Source: Eledone cirrhosa | Lineage: Eukaryota | NCBI GenBank assembly: GCA_964016885.1 | Contig: OZ024740.1 | Location: 144,522,001 to 144,586,000, forward strand | Length of the DNA: 64,000 nucleotides | Direction: 5' to 3' | Shown: piece after piece, positions 53,544-64,000 of the stretch | How positions within the stretch are numbered: the stretch's first letter is position 1 | How the letters are laid out: every line of letters starts with the position of its first letter | Program-made: the position numbers and the translations under genes | The notes under the pieces: generated by a model | Database searches by the model: none | Seen by the model: only the letters and a program-made list of their open reading frames with translations | Told to the model about the DNA's origin: nothing

Positions 53544-54877
53544 ATATTGTTATATTTGGGGAGGGTCATATTTGCGTAATATTGCCAGAATTAATAACAG
53601 AACACACTCACTGTTTGGTTGGTTTTCGCTTCTCGCTGTCTTTTATATATATAAATCTGCGATCTAACTTACTCGGTCCTCAATGTTGCCATTGACTGAC
53701 CGGCGGTCAAAAATAATACAGATACAATATAGACAAACACATATATATATAGTTTACATAAATCTTTCGTTGCACATCTGCAACATCGTCAGTGGTGTTA
53801 TATTCATTGTTCCTCCTGTTGTGTTGTATGTCTACGCCATTTTTTTTTGTTCAGTCTGTCTATATATTTATTTATTTATTTGCTTGTTTGTTTATCTTAT
53901 TTTATTTTGTCTTCTTTGCGCATGCGTTTGCGTGTGTGTATAGTGTTATGTGTGATGTGTGATGTGTGACTAGTGTGTATAGTGTTGTCTGCTGGGTGAC
54001 TAGTGTGTGTTTATGTGCTTGTGTATGTATTTATTTATCTTATTTTATTTAATTTAATTTACTTATTTATTTATACTTCTCTTAGGTCAGTGTTGTTTGT
54101 TTGGGTGTTGTTGTTGTTCCACTCATTCTTTCTGTTTAGCTTTGGTCTTCTAATTTCTATTTCACTGGCCTCTCTGATTTGCCTATCTGCTGGGTCATTC
54201 CTATGTTTATCTAAACATAGGAATGACCCAGCAGATAGGCAAATCAGAGAGGCCAGTGAAATAGAAATTAGAAGACCAAAGCTAAACAGAAAGAATGAGT
54301 GGAACAACAACAACACCCAAACAAACAACACTGACCTAAGAGAAGTATAAATAAATAAGTAAATTAAATTAAATAAAATAAGATAAATAAATACATACAC
54401 AAGCACATAAACACACACTAGTCACCCAGCAGACAACACTATACACACTAGTCACACATCACACATCACACATAACACTATACACACACGCAAACGCATG
54501 CGCAAAGAAGACAAAATAAAATAAGATAAACAAACAAGCAAATAAATAAATAAATATATAGACAGACTGAACAAAAAAAAATGGCGTAGACATACAACAC
54601 AACAGGAGGAACAATGAATATAACACCACTGACGATGTTGCAGATGTGCAACGAAAGATTTATGTAAACTATATATATATGTGTTTGTCTATATTGTATC
54701 TGTATTATTTTTGACCGCCGGTCAGTCAATGGCAACATTGAGGACCGAGTAAGTTAGATCGCAGATTTATATATATAAAAGACAGCGAGAAGCGAAAACC
54801 AACCAAACAGTGAGTGTGTTCTGTTATTAATTCTGGCAATATTACGCAAATATGACCCTCCCCAAATATAACAATAT
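53544..54877. mobile_element. 1334-bp palindrome made of a Penelope-like 3' end
   Basis: 666-bp arms with a 2-nt spacer (54210-54211); mirrored ORFs are identical outside the spacer. The centre encodes RQIREASEIEIRRPKLNRKNEW, like the C-terminal end of a PLE GIY-YIG domain. TA tracts on both sides. Confidence 0.85.
54629..54660 (+). ncRNA. Partial hammerhead-like core (mirrored on minus at 53761-53792)
   Basis: CTGACGA-t gttgca gatg tgcaac-GAAA; stems I and III are not evident. Confidence 0.4.
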
Positions 54878-54982
54878 ATATATATATATATACACATATA
54901 TATATATACATACACATATATATATACATACACCTATATATATACATACACCTATATATATACATACATACACCTATACACA

Positions 54983-55786
54983 CTGTACCTAACACTTGTA
55001 GATCTAGAGAAAGCCTTTGACTGTGTCCCACACTCTATAATCTGGTGGGCACTTTGGAAGCTAGGTGTAGACAAATGGCTTGTGAGGGCCGTACAGGCCA
55101 TGTATAGAGGAGCAACCAGCAGAGTGAGAGTTGGCAATGAGTACAGTGATGAATTTTTTAAGTGCAGGGATCAGTCATCAGTCCACTTCTAATATCATAG
55201 TACTTCAGGCCATCACTGAGGAGTTTAAAACTGTGGCTCCATGAGAGCTACATTATGCTGATGACCTAGTCCTCATAACTAAGTCCATAGGAAAGTTAGA
55301 AGCAAAATTTCAAGCATGGAAGAAGAACCTAGAGCTGAAAGGTCTAAAAGTAAATATAGTGAAGACGAAAGTCTTAATAAATAGGAAAAAAGACAAGAAA
55401 TTGATACCATCAGGAAAGTGGCCGTGTTCAATATGTCAGAAAGGGATGGGTAGAAATTCCATACGGGGCATACAATGTAATGTATGGATGCATAAAAGAT
55501 GTAGTGGAATTGCAGGTAGGCTAACAGAAAAGACAGACTTTATATGTGGTAGATGTTCAGGGGAAGTAAGCACAAAGAACACACATGAAATAGATTCCCT
55601 CAACTGCCAAGGAAGCTCTCTAGAAATTGTGGACAGCTTTTGCTACCTATGTAGCAAATTAGTAGTTGGGGAGGATACACAAGTGTGATAACTAGGATAA
55701 GAACAGGCTGGAAGACGTTTAGAGGTACCACTGCTAACAACAAAATGCTTTTCTCTCAGAGCGAAGGGAAGATTGTATGATGCCTG
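54983..55786 (+). mobile_element. Decayed RTE fragment with PHD finger
   Basis: VDLEKAFD, HYADD and WPCSICQKGMGRNSI...VWMHKRCSG...FICGRC; homologous to 26650-27475. Confidence 0.88.
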
Positions 55787-56689
55787 AACTTTGGAATTTT
55801 GGGGATTGCCACAAAGACAATACCTTCAATAGTCAACTTCCCTCTACTATTGAACAATCAAAAACAGGTATGAATTGCTACTATCCATATTCACTAAAAC
55901 ATGACATTTCCGTTTTTGGGTGCCAAAGTACAACTAATTTTGGTACCCAATCACATGATCATTTTCAGTCTATCAAATTATACTTTAAAATTGAACCACT
56001 TTTTCTGCATAAAACTGAAGGAACCATGACATTCCTGATTTTTGGTGCAAAATAACCAAAATTTTGATTCCTAATCACATGATCTTCTCTAACCTATTAA
56101 ATTGTACTTCAAACATATAGCAATCTGAGCTACATTTTTTGCATAAAACTGAAAGAAACCCCCAACATCAGTTAGATTACAAGTCAGCATAGCCACACAT
56201 CTCTCCATCTCTCTTAATGTTTCAAAATCGTGAAACTTGTGAAACTCGTAAATAAACCTTAAAAACTCCAATTGCATTTTCAATTTCCTTTTCTTATATT
56301 TTTACCCGTGTGGATTATATTAAAAAAAACCTTACTTCCGAATATATATATATATCATCATCATCATTTTACATCCACTTTTCCCTGGGTGGGACAGGAA
56401 CTAATTCTGGCTTGATTTCTACAGCTGGATGCCCTTCCTAACACCAACCTCATTTACAGTGAGTGCTGGGTGCTTTTTTGCCGTGGCACCTCCACGACCA
56501 CTTTGCAGTGGAATGATAGGGACCCCAGTCCCTATCATCTCATTTCTACAGCTGAGTAAACAGGAACAATGTGAAATAAAGTGTCTTGCTCAAGGAAACA
56601 ACACATCACCCGGTCTGAGAATTGAACTCACAACCTTTCGATTGCAAGGCCAATGCTCTAACCACTAAGCCATGTGCTTCCATTAGTAG

Positions 56690-57728
56690 TATACATGAGT
56701 GACAAAATATCAATGAGCTGAGAGAAAATCGGGGCATAGAAGCATCAGGTGAAGTGTACAGGAGTGACGACTGTGGTGGTATGGACAAGTGATATGTATA
56801 TAGGATGACAGCTGCAGGGCACTTGAAGTCAAAGGAACTTTTGGAAGAAGAAGACCCAGGAAAACCCGAGATGATGTGGTGAGGGCTAACGTCATACAGC
56901 TGAGCCTCACAAAGTAGATGACCCAAGACCAAGAAAACTGATCTTCTCATGCAAGTGGAATGAATGCAGCAGAAACACGATGGCTAACCAACTTACCTCC
57001 ATCCAGCCTAAACCTGAAGCAGCAACAATCAAATCCCATCTCCCACCTGCCAATTTACTCCTGAAATCCCTGAAAGCATGCCTCTGATCCCCTTCTCTAC
57101 CCTAAATCTGAAGATAGCATGGAAATCTAGGAAGCACCTTGATTGATTTCCTTCTAAACCCTCACACTCCCAACATTCTCCCAACTCAGGAAAGCCTGGC
57201 AACCCCACAAATGATGCACACCACCCACTCATCCAACGCCATACCCCAAGCAGTATATAAATGCACCCCTTTTAGGCCACCAAGGAAAGCCAGGTACCAT
57301 CATGACCACCCCCTCCAGCAATGAAATGCTAGAACTCAGTTTAAATTACCCCTCCAACACAACTATAATGAAATAGTGCTGGCACCACTACAAAAGCAAG
57401 ATGTAAGATGGTTGTGTCAAAGTCATCATAAAATGCTTTCAGTACACTCTGTAAAGTAATTGGTGTTAGGAAAGGCATCCAACCATAAAAACCATGCTCC
57501 CAGTACATGCAGTAAAGTGGTTAGTGTTAGGAAGGGTATCCAGCTACAGAAACCATACACCCAGTACACACTATAGTTGGCATTAGGAAGGGCATCCAGC
57601 ATTAAACTCTAGCCAAAACAAAGCATATAAGCAAGACCTAGTCACCTGACCAGTCTGGCCTCAGCACACAACAGTCATTTAACCCACGTAAGCATGAAAA
57701 ATAGACATTAAACAGTGATGATGATGAT
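56690..57728 (+). mobile_element. RTE 3' fragment with triplicated tail motif
   Basis: ERRLWWYGQV-like remnant, three copies of gttggtgttaggaagggcatccag at 57450-57600, and a (GAT)n tail. Confidence 0.7.
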
Positions 57729-58049
57729 ATATATATAACAATTGCATTATAAAAGAATTTTAGTTTTAAGCAATTAAAAACACAAAAACTTATATTCACT
57801 TTTTCATTATTTCTTAATACTACAAACTATTATTCATAATGTCAAAGAAATTTGTCTCACTTATATGACCTAGTCATTGACATAATTTCCCTGCATCTGT
57901 TAAAAATCAGTTACTTGTAAATCTTTTAAAGGTTTGGGACGGGCTTCTTTTCAGAATTACCTTCTATTTTAAGCAGGTTGTTTAGTTTTTGAGCTTTTAA
58001 TATGTACTTTAATAATCCTTCACAGAAGAGAGCATAAGACGTATGTTTT

Positions 58050-60765
58050 AGGAATTCAAAAAAGGCAACATTGCTGTAAATATTGTAAAAAATGTGTGAA
58101 ATGTGTGCTGTAGGTGTTATAAATGTTCATAAGTGCCAACAATGATTTAATAAATTTTGACATGGGTACTTTGACTTGAAAGTTGGTTACCACTCTGGGC
58201 ACCCTGTTTCTTTTGATAATGATACACTGAAAGCCACTATTGAAAATATCCACATGCAACAGTTAAAGACTTACCTTCATTCCGTGCTGTGAGTGCAACT
58301 GTGATCCTCTCAATTTTCTTGGCAGCTTATTAAAGAGTTGAGAGCCTTTGAATCCCAGGCTATTGTAATATCTGCTCCTTACTCTAGATGTGAAAGATGG
58401 GATCTTTGGCACCACACAGTGATGTCCTGTTTGAGGGTTGGTTCAGCTCTCAACGCCAAAGTTTGGTGCTAGTCCCTCCAGGATCTTCCATATGTATATT
58501 ACTGAATACTTCTCCCGCCTTTGTTCCAAGGAATAAAGTTTTAGTTCTTTCAGCCTCTCCCAGTGGCTTATCTCCTTCATCATGGCAATCCTGGTGTAGC
58601 TTCGTTGGATTGCTTCAAGCTCCGTGGTTAGTTTGACACTGTGTGGTGACCTCAGCTGGGAGCAATAGTCCAGTCGGCTTACGAAAAATGTCCTCCATAG
58701 TATCAACATAGTTTTTTGGTCTCTTGTCTTGAAAGTCCTCAAGATCCAGCCAGCGAGTCATCTGCATGTTGTCACCATTTTCATGATGTGTGAATAAAAC
58801 GATGCATTGTCACCATGCCTAGGTCTAGTATCAATTTTCGACACAGGGATTGAAATCCCTCATGGTCCAGTGTAGCTTTGTTTAGGAGGTTAATATCATA
58901 GGGCTTGAAATTTTCCATCATTAAATTGCATGTTGTAAAAGAGTAGCATCAGATGGGTTCTTGATTGCTTGTGCTACTTTTGTGTTATCAGCACAGCTAG
59001 TGAGGGATGTTGTATGTAATACAGAAGGCATGTCTGAAAGAGCCACCAAAAACAGTAATGGTCTCAAGACTGTGCCCTGGGGCACCCTGATTGTTATTGA
59101 TGTTTCCTTTGAGAGAGCCCCATTGACTGAAACTGTCTGGCTTCTGGCTTTCCAGTTATGCCAAATTTCTGTAGCTTGTGACATATCATTCCATGAAAGA
59201 TATACCACAACCACATTTGAGCTGTCCAGCAGTTGTTTCAGTACCCAGTTGTAGTGTTGTAAAAGCTGTGAAAGGCAGCTTCTTCCTGGGCAAAAGCCAT
59301 GCTGAGTGTTAGTTAGGCGTTCATTTTCCTCAAGGAATGTGATCAGTTTCTTTCTGATGAGTCATTCCATGACCTTACTAATGTGTGAAGTCAGTGAGAC
59401 TGGCCTGTAGTTTTTAGCCTCTGATCTGCTTCCTCCTTTATGGATAGAGGATATTATGCCTTCTTTTAGCTCTCTGGGTACTTTACCACTAGAGAACTTC
59501 TGAAGAGGATCTTCAGTGGTCTTGCTATGGCACACTTACATGTTTTTCGGAGAATTGCTGCAGGTCCATCAGGTCCAGCAGCTGAATTTGCTCTCATTTC
59601 TTCTATGGCTGATATTACATCTTCCTTCATTATATCTATGTGGTTGATGGTCACCATTTCTCCATGGAGTGCTGTGGTATTAAAGAATACCCCTGGCTTT
59701 GTTATTTGCATGTGCCTAATTTGGGGTGTGAAAACACTTTTGTACAGTTCATTCAGTATCTCACTTATCCCTTGAGGATCCTCTTGGTCAATGAGCCATT
59801 TTTATGGAAAAGTGGCCCAATCTTGCAGTGTACCAAGACAGTCTCCTGTGCAAATTTATAGAAGGCCTTAGGGTTTGTTTTAATATTTTCTATGGCCCTA
59901 ACTCTCTCTGCACTCTCTTTTTCATGGGAAAGTTTGAGTACAGTTTCAATTGCAAGCAGTGCCTGTTTCAAATGGGGTTCCTTCTTGTTCTTCTGTTGTG
60001 CATTTACCAGGTTTGAGATCTTTGTTCTTCGTCTCAAGGATTTTCTCATCTCTGGGAATAAATTTTTGTGTATGTTGGCCTTTTTGTCCAGGACAAACTT
60101 ATGGCGTATGGTTTGTAATGTTGTTGTGAAATATTGAAATTGCGCATTGAAGTTTTGTGTGGAGATGTCACTCCAGTTGTGCTTCAAGATCTCATTGTGG
60201 ATTCATTTTCAGTTAGCGTTGTGAAAGTTTAGGCTGGATAGATTCCCAGTGCTTCCTCTTGATTGTGTCTCTACTGACACCCTCAGACCATATATCATTA
60301 GTTCTACTATGTTATGATCTGAGAAAATTGTTGGTGTCACCTTTACATTGGGGATGAGCATTGCGTTATTTGTAAAGCAGAGATCCAGGACATTTTCACC
60401 CCTTGTTGAGTCAAGTACTATTTTCTCCATGAACAGCCAGTTTGTGAGGTCCAGCAGAGATTCTGTCTGTCTCTGTTCAAGTGCTGTTATTCCTGATAGC
60501 CTTCAGGTCATTTGACCTAGGGAACGTTAAAGTCCCCCAGCAGCTTTACATTGAGACTGATCCAGTTTGTTAAGGATTTCTTCCATTTTTCTGAGGCTAT
60601 CTTCAAACTCACTTCCAAGACTAGGGGCGCCTGGTGGCCTATATATGACACATTACCGTTTTGAGTTGCTTTACATGTACAATTAGTGCGTTGTAGAGCC
60701 AGTTGGAATGTGACAACAGAACTAATATTGTGACATCTTCACGGATGTACAATACAATATAGTAT
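58050..60765 (-). mobile_element. Decayed CR1/L2/Jockey-group LINE (APE and RT)
   Basis: TRGENVLDLCFTN and SDH (APE); NYRPVSLTS, VPQGTVLRPLLF, CADNTK and SRLDYCSQ (RT); many frameshifts. Confidence 0.9.
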
Positions 60766-60767
60766 AT

Positions 60768-60781
60768 GGATATATATGTAT

Positions 60782-60813
<32 letters not shown>

Positions 60814-61382
60814 GCATACATATGTATGTATGTGTGTATATACATATATATATATATGCATACATATATATATATACATACATATATATATATATATGCA
60901 TACATATATATATATATATGCATACATATATATATATATATGCATACATACATATATATATATATACATACATATATATATACATACATATATATATATA
61001 TACATACATATATATATACATACATATATATATATATACATACATATATATATATGCATACATATATATATATATACATACATATATATATATATACATA
61101 CATACATATATATATACATACATACATATATATATACATACATATATATATACATACATATATATATACATACACATATATATATATACATACATATATA
61201 TATATATATATACATACATACATACATATATACATACATACATACATACATACATATACATACATACATATATATATACATACATACATACATATATATA
61301 CATACATACATACATATACATACATACATATATATATATACATACATACATACATATATATACATACATACATACATATACA

Positions 61383-61418
<36 letters not shown>

Positions 61419-61815
61419 TACATACATACATATATATATATATACATACATATATATATATATACATACATATATATATATATATATACATACATACATA
61501 TATATATATATACATACATATATATATATATACATACATATATATATATATATATACATACATATATATATATATACATACATACATATATATATACATA
61601 CATACATATATATATATATACATACATATATATATATATACATACATACATATATATATACATACATACATATATATATACATACATACATATATATATA
61701 CATACATACATATATATATATATACATACATATATATATATATACATACATATATATATATATACATACATACATATATATATACATACATACATATATA
61801 TATACATACATACAT
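60768..61815. repeat. Compound (TA)n/(TACA)n microsatellite
   Basis: Directly visible; it generates the Y/I/M/C/V-rich spurious ORFs. Confidence 0.98.
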
Positions 61816-62420
61816 GGTGGCTGCCAACTCGTTTTCGAGTACGGCCACTACTTTATATCCATGTAGGAGAACCCCTACCGATGCGCTGAACGAGTGACTT
61901 TTTAGTCCAGCCAGCGACTTGAAAACTCTGGTACAAACACTACACTTGTGACAATTATTGACACATAGTGCTTTGCCTTTGGTACCATGTGACGACAAGT
62001 GCAGAGAGATCTCCAGATACAAAGCAATGCCTGTGCCGTGAAGCTTTTATAGTGAGCAAAGGCACTGCACAAAGCCAGTCCCACTCTCTTAACCAAGATG
62101 ATATTTACCAAAAAGAAGAACAAGTCAACATCATTGGATACCATCAGGGTTGCAGGTGTTATATCAGAGTTTTCCTTCTCCTAGAATTCTGCCTTGACAA
62201 AGGCTAAGGGGTCATCTCTCCCACTGATTTTGGATGGCCATTGACTCTTAAGAGCTCCTTTGCCCTTTGACAGGTTTTGTTTTTAGTCCTGCAGGATGTC
62301 CAAAGTCACCCTCCTCACCAAGAAACCTTGGTGGGGTTGCCAGTTTAGTCGCCAACGACCCGACCATGAGACAGGTTGTACTGGGATACATGTTACCAGT
62401 AGCACCAAGTGGTGACCTGA
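61816..62420 (-). mobile_element. Internally deleted RTE-like element (5' UTR-like part plus 3' end with C2H2 finger)
   Basis: [19 protein letters not shown] near the 3' end, running into the (TATG)n tract. Confidence 0.6.

Positions 62421-64000
<1,580 letters not shown>

Noticed and set aside
53683-54738. Mirrored hydrophobic ORFs as genes
   Set aside because: By-products of the palindrome and low-complexity sequence; only the central 22-aa stretch looks element-derived.
55895-56160. Two-copy tandem of about 130 bp (similar short duplications at 35130/35560 and 44463/44935)
   Set aside because: Ordinary diverged local duplications with no coding or structural signal.
62330-62420. HDV-like ribozyme at the RTE 5' UTR (cacc actt ggtg ctact ggtaaca, minus strand)
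   Set aside because: Only partial resemblance; P1 and P2 partners were not found and the sequence is cut by the microsatellite.

Overview
AT-rich, repeat-dense animal genomic DNA. The (TA)n/(TACA)n microsatellites, tRNA-derived SINEs, RTE LINEs and a C2H2-ZNF remnant suggest a coleoid cephalopod such as Octopus (inference). Only one host coding exon is well supported: the terminal exon of a KCTD1/15-like BTB/POZ gene on the minus strand (38194-38446). The rest is mobile DNA: two mariner elements, R4/Dong-like, RTE (one long open ORF with an internal PHD finger), CR1/L2-group LINEs, a Gypsy remnant, young SINEs and MITEs. The most interesting signal is a set of fold-back units in TA tracts, apparently Penelope-derived, carrying predicted type-I hammerhead ribozymes. 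There are two compact inverted hammerhead pairs (12847-13024, 19829-20170), a single hammerhead with a 77-nt stem-II loop (21638-21775), a 1.33-kb apparently perfect palindrome of a Penelope-like 3' end (53544-54877) and an older relative (40617-41500). Penelope hammerheads are a known class; the variant cores and the two-strand arrangement are what merit checking. All folds were read by eye and none has been tested.
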